From an uncultured Gammaproteobacteria bacterium (GTDB taxonomy: Bacteria; Patescibacteriota; Microgenomatia; Daviesbacterales; UBA10151), in contig CAZYPW010000007.1 in the NCBI GenBank assembly GCA_964649615.1, positions 8,734-72,733 of the forward strand: a stretch of DNA of 64,000 nt, given 5' to 3'. A model generated the notes under the pieces. The model was not told the DNA's origin, made no database searches, and saw nothing but the letters and a program-made list of their open reading frames with translations. This document shows, one piece after another, positions 51,363-60,902 of this stretch; position 1 is the stretch's first letter; each line of letters opens with the position of its first letter. Both the position numbers and the translations under genes were made by a program.

Positions 51363-52067
51363 ATGCTGTCCAAAATTCATTCAGCTGCTAATATTGGTTT
51401 AGATGCTACTCTAATCACTGCGGAAGTTGATGTATCTGCTATGGGCCTGCCCGCATTTATAATTGTTGGTTTGGCAGATAGAGCTGTTGAGGAGAGTAAA
51501 GAGAGAGTTAAACTTGCTATAAAAAATAGTGGAGTTGAATTTCCTGACCACAAGATTACAGTAAATTTGGCACCTGCAGATTTGCCAAAAGAAGGACCAA
51601 TATTTGATTTACCAATTGCTTTAGGGATACTTGCTTCATCAGGTCAAATTCTAAGCAATCAAAATTTCAATTTGAAAGAAACCTTAGTAATAGGAGAATT
51701 ATCTTTGGATGGGACACTAAGATATACCCGTGGAATTTTACCAATTAGTTTATTTGCCCAATCTTATGGTTTTAAAAACATTATCGTCCCTTTTGAAAAT
51801 GCCCAAGAGGCAGCTTGTGTGGAAGGATTACAAGTTTTTGCTTTCCACTCTTTACAACAAATAATCAAAGTGTTGTTAGGGCAGGAACCAATAAATCCCA
51901 TTAAAAAAGAAAGCCTAAATTTAGAAGAGGATTTAATATTTGATTATGATTTTTCTCAAATTAAAGGTCAAGAACAAGCCAAGAGAGCTCTGGAAATTGC
52001 TGCTACAGGTGGCCACAATATTTTACTAATGTGGACACAATACCAACAATTGAGTTCAAAATTGTAA
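51363..52067 (+). pseudogene. comM: comM/yifB (Mg-chelatase-like competence protein) 5' fragment, truncated at the start of the AAA+ domain
   Basis: Lon-like N-domain (GLPAFIIVGLADRAVEESKERVKLAIKNSG, KITVNLAPADLPKEGPIFDLPIALGILA) and ...GQEQAKRALEIAATGGHNILLM. It then diverges before the expected GPPGSGKT Walker A. Confidence 0.7.
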
Positions 52068-52301
52068 AAATGTTGCCTAAAGTTGTCAATCAACATAAGA
52101 TAATCTGGCCTACAATATAATGGACAGACTCAAATATGGCATATTGCTAAGATTCGGTTTGCTTCTGATTATTATAGGAATAGCCTTGGGTGGATTAAAA
52201 GGAATTGAATATATGTTCCAATGGATTATCAGACATATATTCTAAATTCTCCTTAAAAATGGCACTTGTAAATTAAAATATCCAGAAGTATAGTTGGGTT
52301 A

Positions 52302-52535
52302 ATGAAGAAGCTAACAGGATTTCTATTCGCAGCTATACTATTTATCTCCTTAGCTCTGATAAGTGTTCCAGAAGCAGAAGCATACCAAAGAGTAAGAGGT
52401 TACACCCGAAGCAATGGCACTTATGTTCAGCCTTACTACCGCAGTTATTCAAACAGTACAAGATGGGACAACTTCTCAACTAGAGGTAACTACAACCCCT
52501 TTACTGGTAGCCGTGGTTATAGAAGCCCTTGGTGA
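52302..52535 (+). CDS. small secreted Tyr/Arg/Gly-rich protein (signal peptide)
   Basis: N-terminal hydrophobic signal ...SVPEAEA. Low-complexity mature part. Confidence 0.4.
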   Translation: MKKLTGFLFAAILFISLALISVPEAEAYQRVRGYTRSNGTYVQPYYRSYSNSTRWDNFSTRGNYNPFTGSRGYRSPW

Positions 52536-52554
52536 AGATATGTTCATGTTACAT

Positions 52555-52869
52555 TTACCTTTCAGTAGTTTCACAAACTAAAATAGTCATTCCATCTTTA
52601 ATCTTACAATTCTTCCCACATTCATAATCGTAACCTTCACCACTGGGGTTGTATCTATCAACCATAGAGTCAACCCAGTCTCTACATTCATCAATTGATT
52701 TGTAAATGGGACTCTTAATATCTCTGGTTAAATCTCCAGCATTTGGGTAGTAGAAACCTTGCCATGTATCCGCCTGTCTGAAGAAGAACCACCAAATTAG
52801 TCCTATTATTACTATGACTCCGAAAATTGATCCCTCATGATTTCTTTTCTCCTCTGGAAGGTCATCCAT
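52555..52869 (-). CDS. single-pass membrane protein with Cys-containing extracytoplasmic domain
   Basis: TM helix IFGVIVIIGLIWWFFF. Confidence 0.35.
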   Translation of the reverse strand: MDDLPEEKRNHEGSIFGVIVIIGLIWWFFFRQADTWQGFYYPNAGDLTRDIKSPIYKSIDECRDWVDSMVDRYNPSGEGYDYECGKNCKIKDGMTILVCETTER

Positions 52870-52878
52870 TACTTCCAG

Positions 52879-53283
52879 TTATAGCCATTGTGCTACTCCT
52901 CCATGATGACTGCATGTCCCCCTCCTGCTTTGACTGTAGCTGTAAGTTCCATCCCTACATTTGGCAGTTGCACCAGCAGGAACATTATTTGCAGGACAGG
53001 GTCTAGCTACCTCTTGACCAAAACTATTGATATAGGTACCACAACCAGCATCAATTACCGGAGGTTTAACCTTTGGGGTTGGGCTTACTACTGGTTTAGC
53101 TGTGGGATTTGGAGTAGGTGTAGGGGTTATGGTTGGAGTTGGAGTATTTGTCGGATTTGGTACTGCTTCTATTTGAGTACCAGCAACTTGGGGATTTGAA
53201 GAACTAAAAATTCCACCTAATACAACTAACCCAATTACTATTCCAACACCAATTAAAATCTTATTCTTCATTTTTCTTACCAA
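52879..53283 (-). CDS. membrane-anchored DUF3761-domain protein with Pro/Thr-rich linker
   Basis: TM, PTxTP repeats, C-terminal CRDGTYSYSQSRRGTCSHHGGVAQWL (DUF3761 signature). Confidence 0.55.
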   Translation of the reverse strand: MVRKMKNKILIGVGIVIGLVVLGGIFSSSNPQVAGTQIEAVPNPTNTPTPTITPTPTPNPTAKPVVSPTPKVKPPVIDAGCGTYINSFGQEVARPCPANNVPAGATAKCRDGTYSYSQSRRGTCSHHGGVAQWL

Positions 53284-53500
53284 AATTATACACCTGGTAG
53301 ATTACTCCACCAAGTGGAGGATTGAATTTTCACTTGATAAGAGGTATTAGTAAGCTACTACGAAAATACTAATTTTATCTATAAGCATTATTGTAGGTTT
53401 CTATAATCTATTTGGTTTAACCCCTAGTGTCTTTGCTCAACAGGGATGTTGTTCATGGCATGGTGGCATCAGTTATTGCGACTACAGTACTGGAAGATAT

Positions 53501-54508
53501 GTGTGTAATGATGGTGAATATAGTCCAACATGTACTTGTAGTGGGTATCAGCCACCTCCTACATGTCCTCTATTTTCCTCTTATGACAGCCTTTCTAGTT
53601 CTTGTAAGTGCAATTATGGTTATGTATCGGATGGTGGTAGATGTATTTCAGAAGATCAATACTGTCAAGACCGCTATGGTTGGAACTCTAGGTATAATAC
53701 TTTAACTGATAATTGTGAATGTTCATATGGTAATGTAGTTGATCCATCTACAAATAGGTGTATCAGTGGCAATCAATATTGTTGGAATAAGTATGGTTAC
53801 AACTCCTCATACCAAAGTTGGGATAAAAGTTGTGCATGTAGTTATGGATATGTATTTAACAGATCAGGTACACAATGTGTATCAAGAGATGCTGCCTGTG
53901 AAGATCAATTTGGATTTGGAAGTGAGTATAGCTCTTTAGAGGATGGCTGTATATGTCAATCTGGCTACAAATTTGAAGGTTCAGAATGTGTATTAGATGT
54001 CCAAACTCCTATATTTGTCCCCCGAAATCCACCACCTTCATTGCCCTCTCCATCGCCTACCTTACCGCCAGTACAAGTACCAAAGACTACACCTCAACCT
54101 ACACCTAAGCCTCAAGTTGCAACTTCTACTCCTTCACCTAAAGCTATCCCACAGTTAAAACCTCCTTACCAACTTGATAGTTCCCTATGGCCAGAGTCCA
54201 TTGAGCAGATTAAAATTCTGCAAACTGCATTAGCCACAGATAAGGATATCTATCCCGAAGGAATTATAAGTGGTAATTATGGTTCTCTAACACAAGCAGC
54301 AGTTAAAAGATTTCAAAGAAAGCATGAATTAGGGGAAACTGGTAGCGTAGATAGCAGTACGATTACCAAGTTTAATGAGGTATTTGGAGAAAAGCCAACT
54401 CCATCAATTTCTAGTAATCAAGAGAATACTGAGCCTAAAAACTGGCAGAGAAAAGTTGTGGATGGTATTTGGAATGTTATTACAGGTGTTTGGAAAGCTA
54501 TCTTTTAA
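53501..54508 (+). CDS. secreted cysteine-rich repeat protein with C-terminal peptidoglycan-binding (PGBD) domain; true start upstream and non-canonical
   Basis: At least 5 repeats of about 37 aa (C.C.YGYV....C.S.DQYC..YG.NS.Y......C). PT-rich linker. LQTALATD...GNYGSLTQAAVKRFQRKHEL PGBD. The frame is open from 53372 and encodes a signal-like FLSISIIVGF...VFAQQ followed by a DUF3761-like CCSWHGGISYC, with no ATG/GTG/TTG in that stretch. Confidence 0.5.
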   Translation: MCNDGEYSPTCTCSGYQPPPTCPLFSSYDSLSSSCKCNYGYVSDGGRCISEDQYCQDRYGWNSRYNTLTDNCECSYGNVVDPSTNRCISGNQYCWNKYGYNSSYQSWDKSCACSYGYVFNRSGTQCVSRDAACEDQFGFGSEYSSLEDGCICQSGYKFEGSECVLDVQTPIFVPRNPPPSLPSPSPTLPPVQVPKTTPQPTPKPQVATSTPSPKAIPQLKPPYQLDSSLWPESIEQIKILQTALATDKDIYPEGIISGNYGSLTQAAVKRFQRKHELGETGSVDSSTITKFNEVFGEKPTPSISSNQENTEPKNWQRKVVDGIWNVITGVWKAIF

Positions 54509-54524
54509 TGGAAAGGGGGTGAAT

Positions 54525-54887
54525 ATGAATACAACTACAAAATGGATATTTGCAGTTATTGCAGCAGCAGTTATAGGAGGTGGTACAGTAGCATTATTAG
54601 GGAATAGATCATCAACACCTACACCTACTGCTCAACCATCGGGTGTTCAACAGCCAACAGTTACACCTCAAGCATCAGAACCTTCTCAACCCAGCTCAAC
54701 TCCAACACCTACAAAGGTAGGTAATTGTCTGATTAAAGGTAACATTAGTTCTAGTGGTGAGAAGATTTACCACATGCCAGGACAACAGTATTATGACAGG
54801 ACTAAGATTGATTTAAGTGCTGGGGAAAGGATGTTCTGTACAGAGGATGAAGCAGTTGCTGCTGGCTGGCGTAAATCAAAGGTATAG
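54525..54887 (+). CDS. small secreted protein with PT-linker and conserved C-terminal YHxPGxxYY...F..EAxAAGWR domain
   Basis: RBS AAGGGGG, N-terminal TM/signal, TPTPT linker, KIYHMPGQQYYDRTK...FCTEDEAVAAGWRKSK. Confidence 0.45.
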   Translation: MNTTTKWIFAVIAAAVIGGGTVALLGNRSSTPTPTAQPSGVQQPTVTPQASEPSQPSSTPTPTKVGNCLIKGNISSSGEKIYHMPGQQYYDRTKIDLSAGERMFCTEDEAVAAGWRKSKV

Positions 54888-54890
54888 AAA

Positions 54891-55499
54891 ATGAGATTAA
54901 GAAAGCTAGGTAACATACCCACCTTAATAGTTTTAGTGGCGGTTATATCAGCATTGGCTATGTTGATACTACCACAATCTCCATATAGGATTTTTAATCG
55001 TTATCAAGTTGAACAGCAGCTTAAAAGATTGCAGATAGAGTTGGATGAAACCAGTAAGAAGTTAGAGCAAGCTACATCTAGTGCAACCCCAGTTTTTACC
55101 AAAGAATTTGTCAAAGTAACTAAAGTTATTGATGGAGATACAATAGAGATAGAGGGAGGGTATCATGTCAGGTATATTGGTATTGATACCCCAGAAACAG
55201 TACACCCAAGCAAACCTGTCCAATGTTTTGGTAAAGAAGCTAGTAATAAGAATAAGGAGCTAGTAGAAGGTAAGATAGTTAGATTAGAAAAAGATATAAC
55301 AGAGATTGATCGTTACGGGAGATTGTTACGCTATATTTGGATAGATGATACTTTAGTTAATGAAGTTCTAGTAAAAGAGGGATATGCTAATTCTTATACA
55401 TACCCACCTGATGTAAAGTATCAGGATAGGTTTATCAAAGCCGAAAGAGAAGCAAGGGAAAGTAAAAAGGGATTATGGGCTAGTTGCCCTGTCTCTTAG
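54891..55499 (+). CDS. membrane-anchored thermonuclease (staphylococcal nuclease, SNase-like)
   Basis: VIDGDTIEI...RYIGIDTPE...YGRLLRYIW...KKGLWA. Confidence 0.85.
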   Translation: MRLRKLGNIPTLIVLVAVISALAMLILPQSPYRIFNRYQVEQQLKRLQIELDETSKKLEQATSSATPVFTKEFVKVTKVIDGDTIEIEGGYHVRYIGIDTPETVHPSKPVQCFGKEASNKNKELVEGKIVRLEKDITEIDRYGRLLRYIWIDDTLVNEVLVKEGYANSYTYPPDVKYQDRFIKAEREARESKKGLWASCPVS

Positions 55500-55503
55500 T
55501 AAC

Positions 55504-55833
55504 ATGGATAAAAATACAGTATTTGTTGTTGGTTTCTGGGTAGTTTTAATAGGAGGGATAATTTGGTGGAATCTTGCTAGCAGTGATTCATCAAAGACAA
55601 AGTCAGTAAAGCAGTACAATACCCCAACCTACGATCTTAATGTTGATGATTCTTATGAGAGATATGATGATCCAGAAACAGAAAGGTCATTCTCATCAGG
55701 AGATTATGACTGTTCAGACTTCTCTACACAAGATGAAGCACAAGAGTTCTTTGAAGATGAGGGTGGCCCAGATGATGACCCTCATAATTTAGATAGAGAT
55801 GGAGATGGGATAGCTTGTGAAACATTACCATGA
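55504..55833 (+). CDS. membrane-anchored Excalibur calcium-binding domain protein
   Basis: C-terminal [38 protein letters not shown]. Confidence 0.75.
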   Translation: MDKNTVFVVGFWVVLIGGIIWWNLASSDSSKTKSVKQYNTPTYDLNVDDSYERYDDPETERSFSSGDYDCSDFSTQDEAQEFFEDEGGPDDDPHNLDRDGDGIACETLP

Positions 55834-56360
55834 ATGAGAAACTAGCCTTGCTTTTAACTTCAGTACGATCCCATATTACTCTTACAAATATGCTTTTAGT
55901 CACAATTCTAGTGTTAGTCTTTTCTGGATTCTATATTTCAGCTCCTCAATTTAAGAATTTCATTGATAACATTGGTTATTCAACTAAAGCCGAAAGGGTT
56001 GGTACAGCTACTTTCATCTGTACTTATGGGAAGTTAACTAAAGAGGAATATGAAAGTAGAATAGATGAGCTTAATAAGCAAATAGAAGCTGAAAAATTAA
56101 AAGATAAATTACTTAATATGGATTTAATTACATTGAAGGTTGATCTTGAGTCACTACAGAGAGAAAGCTATTTAACTACTAAGAAGGAAGATATTGATGT
56201 AATTAGAACTAGGAAGTTCAGGTTTGGATTCACAACTTATGACTCCTACGGATATGCAGGAGAAATACCAAAGGATGGTATGGATCACAAATGTAAATGC
56301 GAAAAGACTGGAATAGGTGGTCTGTGTGAATGGAAACCTATCAATAAAGTAGATAATTAA
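55830..56360 (+). CDS. hypothetical membrane-anchored coiled-coil protein
   Basis: N-terminal TM, central coiled coil. No recognised domain. Confidence 0.3.
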   Translation: MNEKLALLLTSVRSHITLTNMLLVTILVLVFSGFYISAPQFKNFIDNIGYSTKAERVGTATFICTYGKLTKEEYESRIDELNKQIEAEKLKDKLLNMDLITLKVDLESLQRESYLTTKKEDIDVIRTRKFRFGFTTYDSYGYAGEIPKDGMDHKCKCEKTGIGGLCEWKPINKVDN

Positions 56361-56878
56361 TGATATCTGTAGATAGCCACATTCTTAATCATACTACCTT
56401 CAAAATCTTTTGAAATTGAGATGATAATATCTTCAATCTCACTATAATCCAATGAATTATGTTGCTTATTACCTAACAGTCTATCTGATAAATGTTCAAA
56501 TATGGATTTCTTAATTTTAGGTAACTTAATACTTCCAATGGCAACTGACTTTGCTTCATATAATTCGGCTAGGATAAAAGCATTCCTCAAGGATTGATGG
56601 AGGCCAATATAATTAGTTCCAACATCTTGTATATGGTCATAAATTGGCATGAAGATAATATTTTTAGTCTGAAGGTTATATCCTTTGACTATAGCTGTAT
56701 TGCCAATTTCACAGTAGCCAATAGCAGAGAGTTCTCTAACTAAATCTTGCCCACCTCTATCTAAAACCTTCCCGACTATACCCTCCTTCTTATAAGTTAA
56801 ATCTGAATCACAAGGTATGATAATAATGTCACCAGTAAAATCACCTATACTGTCTGTGCATATTTGGATATTCATCAA
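56357..56878 (-). CDS. hypothetical protein, possibly macro-domain-like
   Basis: Weak pattern GDIIIIPCDSDL...GIVGKVLDRGGQDL...GNTAIVKGYNL..KNIIFMPI resembling macro domain blocks. Confidence 0.3.
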   Translation of the reverse strand: MMNIQICTDSIGDFTGDIIIIPCDSDLTYKKEGIVGKVLDRGGQDLVRELSAIGYCEIGNTAIVKGYNLQTKNIIFMPIYDHIQDVGTNYIGLHQSLRNAFILAELYEAKSVAIGSIKLPKIKKSIFEHLSDRLLGNKQHNSLDYSEIEDIIISISKDFEGSMIKNVAIYRYH

Positions 56879-56903
56879 TAGTTATAATTTTTAGAACAAG
56901 AGC

Positions 56904-57392
56904 TTACTTGAATAGCTTCTGAGTAGGACACAATTGTTCTACACAGGAATAATAGAATTGATCTTTATCTTTTGAAATTAAATAATCCCAATTCTCATTT
57001 CTTTTTATCTGTCTGATACCCTCGTAATTACATTTAGGGTCTCTACCTTCTGTAAGATTTCTGTGTAAGCTCCCTGCGAAGTCAGTATTATCACTATATC
57101 CATAAGTTTGTTTGCAGTAAGCATCATCCCTCTGAAATAAAGCTTGCCAATTCTGCTTTGATTCTAAATCATCATGCCTTGACCAAAAGACACAGCCAGC
57201 AATACCTGAGTGGTTAGGATAGGTGGGATATTCTTTTTCAATACATTGTTGCTGATTGAATGTAAAGAAATCCTTATTGAGTTGGAAACCGAGAAGTCTT
57301 AGGATAACTATCCATAGTAGAATGAATAGACTTAGTCCAAATAGAGAATAGACAGTAACTCTTAATACTTTTCCTCTAAAAAACTTATTCAT
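56904..57392 (-). CDS. hypothetical membrane-anchored Cys-containing protein
   Basis: N-terminal TM. No recognised domain. Confidence 0.3.
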   Translation of the reverse strand: MNKFFRGKVLRVTVYSLFGLSLFILLWIVILRLLGFQLNKDFFTFNQQQCIEKEYPTYPNHSGIAGCVFWSRHDDLESKQNWQALFQRDDAYCKQTYGYSDNTDFAGSLHRNLTEGRDPKCNYEGIRQIKRNENWDYLISKDKDQFYYSCVEQLCPTQKLFK

Positions 57393-57435
57393 AATTATAT
57401 TATCTCATTGAAAGTAGTATACATGGAATACTGAA

Positions 57436-57999
57436 TTAGTTTAGGAATCCTTCAATTTTAGATTCAGATGGAAATTGTATTATGCTTAATTTCCCAGTCC
57501 CAAAGGCAATCTTGAGTGAATACTTACGCCCAGTTATATCTTGATAAGTTATCTTAATAGGGATATTATGATTTGCAAACTCTGGGTCAAGGTAAGCTGA
57601 TAGATCCCAGTTCTGCATAAGTTCGTTATTTAAGTAGGTCTCATATATTAAGTCTTTTTCCTCATCCTTTACTAGGATATTAGGATCACTCATACTCAAT
57701 ACATATTTGTAAGTTTTATCTATCTTCTTTCCTTTAATGCGTAGGTAAAAGTTTTCAATTTCAATGTTAAGAGCTGCACCATAGCCAATGTTTCTTATTC
57801 TAAAGACTCTATGTACTCGTCTTTGAGTATCTGTTATTTTCCTTCTGTAAATAACAGGTAGAGGCATCAAGCTTTGCTTAGTTTGCTTGATAGAAGTTCT
57901 CCATATTCCCAAAGTAAAGTATGCATATATTCCAGCCACAATAGCTGTAATTAACAAGAGAGCAGCAGATGCTATAGATGTGAGTTCAATTATTGTCAT
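57436..57999 (-). CDS. hypothetical membrane-anchored protein
   Basis: N-terminal TM. No recognised domain. Confidence 0.3.
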   Translation of the reverse strand: MTIIELTSIASAALLLITAIVAGIYAYFTLGIWRTSIKQTKQSLMPLPVIYRRKITDTQRRVHRVFRIRNIGYGAALNIEIENFYLRIKGKKIDKTYKYVLSMSDPNILVKDEEKDLIYETYLNNELMQNWDLSAYLDPEFANHNIPIKITYQDITGRKYSLKIAFGTGKLSIIQFPSESKIEGFLN

Positions 58000-58412
58000 C
58001 TTATTATTGAATTTGCAGATATTTTAACATTTTAAGTATTAAAACTAATTATCTTGATTTAGAGAGCTAAATTGATATCTTCTTGAAAAGGAAAGCAAAT
58101 GTCTTTCCCTATTGATTCAGTGAGGCTGACTGCTAAACTTAAAACATAACCTAAATATAGATTAGATTGATATATCAATGAAAATGGAACAGTTAAGAAA
58201 AAGAAATTCTAGGAAATCATTAGTTCCTCTTACTCAAATAGAAATTATCAGAAATATCAATAAATCTACACAGAACTCATATAAGTACTTTGGTTTACTC
58301 AATTGGAAAGGAAATTGAATGACAGGTCAAACTACATTAGAAATCTCTTGCAATCTAGGTGAACCTAGCAAAGTATGTTTCTGCAAAATTGCAGACGATG
58401 AAAAGATGAATT

Positions 58413-59072
58413 ATGAAGCCTAAAGAGCAAATATCTCTATTTACATTTTTCCAACCAGAAGAAAAGAAAGAAGAAAAGGCTCATGTAACTAAAAATGGCT
58501 ATGACTTTAGTGAAGTGACCAGTGCTTTGCAGAAGGCAATCAGAGCCTCCGACGAGGAAGCTGCCATTTTTTGGGCATATGAATTATCTGAAAGTAATGC
58601 TTGGCATTATCTTCTTAAAAGATTGTGCGTAATAGCTTCAGAGGATTGTGCTGATCCACAGGCTGGATTGATAGCTGAATCAACCTACATGGCTTGTACG
58701 ATCATGTGGGGTAAAGCCCAAGCTACGAAATCATATTATCAGGTTGATATGAACATGGTGGGAAAAGTAATTCTATATTTGTGCCGAACCCCTAAAAATC
58801 GGATAGTTGATATTTCTACAACTCTAATTTATGAGAAAAGGAAAGCTGGATGGAGATTGGAAGTTCCCGAAATCGCAGTTGACAGTCATACTTCTAAGGG
58901 AAAGAAACTCATTAAAGAGGAAGGGATTGATCCTAATAGGCAGTTTTATGCACAGGGAGCACAGGTTAAAAACAGGGTCAGGATTGATAAAGACCAATAC
59001 TACTGGGATAAGTTGATGGAAATTTATGGCTTGGATGATTTGGTTGGTAAAGAAACAGAGGAAATGAAGTGA
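58413..59072 (+). CDS. stand-alone RarA/MgsA C-terminal (MgsA_C) domain-like protein
   Basis: YDFSEVTSALQKAIRASDEEAAIFWAYELSESNAWHYLLKRLCVIASEDCADPQAGLIAEST parallels the RarA HYDxISAFxKSxRGSDxDAAlYWlaRM...ASEDIGlADP block. No AAA+ ATPase domain. Confidence 0.55.
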   Translation: MKPKEQISLFTFFQPEEKKEEKAHVTKNGYDFSEVTSALQKAIRASDEEAAIFWAYELSESNAWHYLLKRLCVIASEDCADPQAGLIAESTYMACTIMWGKAQATKSYYQVDMNMVGKVILYLCRTPKNRIVDISTTLIYEKRKAGWRLEVPEIAVDSHTSKGKKLIKEEGIDPNRQFYAQGAQVKNRVRIDKDQYYWDKLMEIYGLDDLVGKETEEMK

Positions 59073-59282
59073 AAATATGTACAGGCACAGAATTTACTAA
59101 GCAGTTCTATGCGGTATCAGCACAGCAATCTGCAAGAAAAGGATTTCCGCATAGGATAAAGATAATATCTGTAGCTAATGAGTAGACAGGTTCATTTAGC
59201 TTGAATATGTGGTGTATTAAATCTATGCAACAGGTACTTGAAGGAAGGAAATAGCCTTTTTTACCCTTGCAGTACAGGAAAT

Positions 59283-59489
59283 TTAAGAAAGGAGTTCGGC
59301 AGCAGTGCAACCAAATACCTTTGCAATTCTGTTCAATGTCTTAATTGTAGGATTCTTTCTCCTAGCATTCTCAATTTCTATTACAGTCTTTGGGTCAACA
59401 TTTGCCAACCCTGCAAGTTCTTCCTGTGTTAGGCCTTTTTCTTTCCTTAACCTTCTGATTTTATCACCTAGTTTCTTTAGGCTCGCCAT
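59283..59489 (-). CDS. XRE-family (Cro/CI-type) helix-turn-helix transcriptional regulator
   Basis: LGDKIRRLRKEKGLTQEELAGLANVDPKTVIEIENARRKNPTIKTLNRIAKVFGCTAAELL. Start set at the internal Met. Confidence 0.75.
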   Translation of the reverse strand: MASLKKLGDKIRRLRKEKGLTQEELAGLANVDPKTVIEIENARRKNPTIKTLNRIAKVFGCTAAELLS

Positions 59490-59592
59490 TGACAGAATTA
59501 TGGAATATATGCCAGACTTATGACAGGAAATATATTCCAGATTTACGCATGAATTTGAAGCTAAAAGGTAATTTACAAGATTGGAGGATAAT

Positions 59593-59919
59593 ATGAAGCT
59601 AAGAAATAACATACTGGTAATCGGCTCTGTAGTTTTAATTGCTATTGCAGTTGCTTATTACTTCTTAATTTATCTCCCTAAACAACAGGAATTGAGGCTA
59701 CTCCAGGAGGAAACTACTCTTAGGAAACAGACTTATGAGCTTTGCCTAAAAGAAGTTAATAATCTAATTGATGAAAGTGTAAATACTTTAGGTAGAATGT
59801 TTGCAGCTGGCGAAATTACTAAACAGGTGATGGAGGATAGAGTTATGATTCTTCTCTCAAAAAAAGATGAAGTTATTACTAATTGTGTTGAAAAGAGAAT
59901 TCAAGAGTATAGGAAGTGA
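59593..59919 (+). CDS. hypothetical single-pass membrane protein, divergent from the XRE regulator
   Basis: RBS GGAGGA 7 nt upstream. TM helix. Confidence 0.3.
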   Translation: MKLRNNILVIGSVVLIAIAVAYYFLIYLPKQQELRLLQEETTLRKQTYELCLKEVNNLIDESVNTLGRMFAAGEITKQVMEDRVMILLSKKDEVITNCVEKRIQEYRK

Positions 59920-60185
59920 GGAATGCCGGATGGAAACAATTCTTTTTAGGGGGTGAGAATTTAATGAAAAACATAATTTGGGGTATTTTAGTTTTACTGC
60001 TTCTAATTGTTCTATTTAATCAGTTAATTAGACTCGGTGATGTTTCAATTAAGGAGAAAGAGGTTGAGAAACAGCTTGCAGAATCCCGCTCCAACTATAT
60101 CCAGCTTTTAGATAAGTATTGCAAAGGTAAAGATTGTAAGATTGAGAATGGTGCATTGGTTTGTAAACTCTTAGAAGAAAAATGA
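59916..60185 (+). CDS. hypothetical small membrane protein
   Basis: TM helix. Likely start at the internal MKNIIWG. Confidence 0.25.
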   Translation: MRNAGWKQFFLGGENLMKNIIWGILVLLLLIVLFNQLIRLGDVSIKEKEVEKQLAESRSNYIQLLDKYCKGKDCKIENGALVCKLLEEK

Positions 60186-60186
60186 A

Positions 60187-60774
60187 ATGAAGGCTAAAGT
60201 AAAGTATCTACTCTTAATCATTGGACTTATAATTACAGTTCTAGTTGTTAAAAAGTTGTACTTAGTCTTATCTGTACAGAACCCACCCAATATATCATTT
60301 GAAAGCCCAAAGGCTGTTCAGTTGGAGTTAAAGTATCCTTATGAAGTGAAGGATTTAACTGATAAGGAAAAAGGGGGAGTTTTACAACTTGTTAGAACAT
60401 TTGAAACTCTGCAATATGAAAGGAAGGCAAAAGAAGTATTAGCTCTGTTTACCCTAGCTGCTCTTAAAGATGAAAAAGATCAACTGGATTTTCTGGAAGG
60501 AAAAGATATCAATTCAAGCCCAAGACTTTACAGCACAGCTGAATTTAATTGTTCCTTAAATTGGTACATGGTAAGAAGCATTGAAAAAGATAATGCAGGC
60601 ATATCTGTTACTTTGAAAGAGTTGAGGACATATTACAACAATGAAACAGCAGACTACATAGCTAAGATTGATGATTTTACCCTAGCTTTATCCCTGAAAA
60701 AAGATAATGGATATCAAGTAGAAGGATACAAGCAGGAATCTCCTGGAAAATACAGTGGCTTTGATTGTCTTTGA
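60187..60774 (+). CDS. hypothetical membrane-anchored protein
   Basis: N-terminal TM, translationally coupled to the upstream ORF. Confidence 0.3.
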   Translation: MKAKVKYLLLIIGLIITVLVVKKLYLVLSVQNPPNISFESPKAVQLELKYPYEVKDLTDKEKGGVLQLVRTFETLQYERKAKEVLALFTLAALKDEKDQLDFLEGKDINSSPRLYSTAEFNCSLNWYMVRSIEKDNAGISVTLKELRTYYNNETADYIAKIDDFTLALSLKKDNGYQVEGYKQESPGKYSGFDCL

Positions 60775-60902
60775 ACCACCCACCCCACCCGCTGAATGAA
60801 ATGCTGCTAGAGGAAGCTGTATGCTACTCCTTTCTTCTAAATATGCTTCATTAAAGCTATTTTCATATCTGCAAAAAATTTCATTTACCTAATAAGGTTT
60901 AA

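Noticed and set aside
51128-51373. 81-aa ORF on the minus strand
   Set aside because: It lies entirely within and antisense-coincident with the RNase P RNA gene (rnpB). It is a translation artefact.
53427-53705. 92-aa plus-strand ORF (MSLLNRDVV...)
   Set aside because: Alternative frame overlapping the Cys-repeat protein gene. Odd composition and no domain.
59107-59523. Small ORFs overlapping the XRE regulator gene on both strands
   Set aside because: They overlap a well-supported HTH gene. Cys-rich, unlikely composition.
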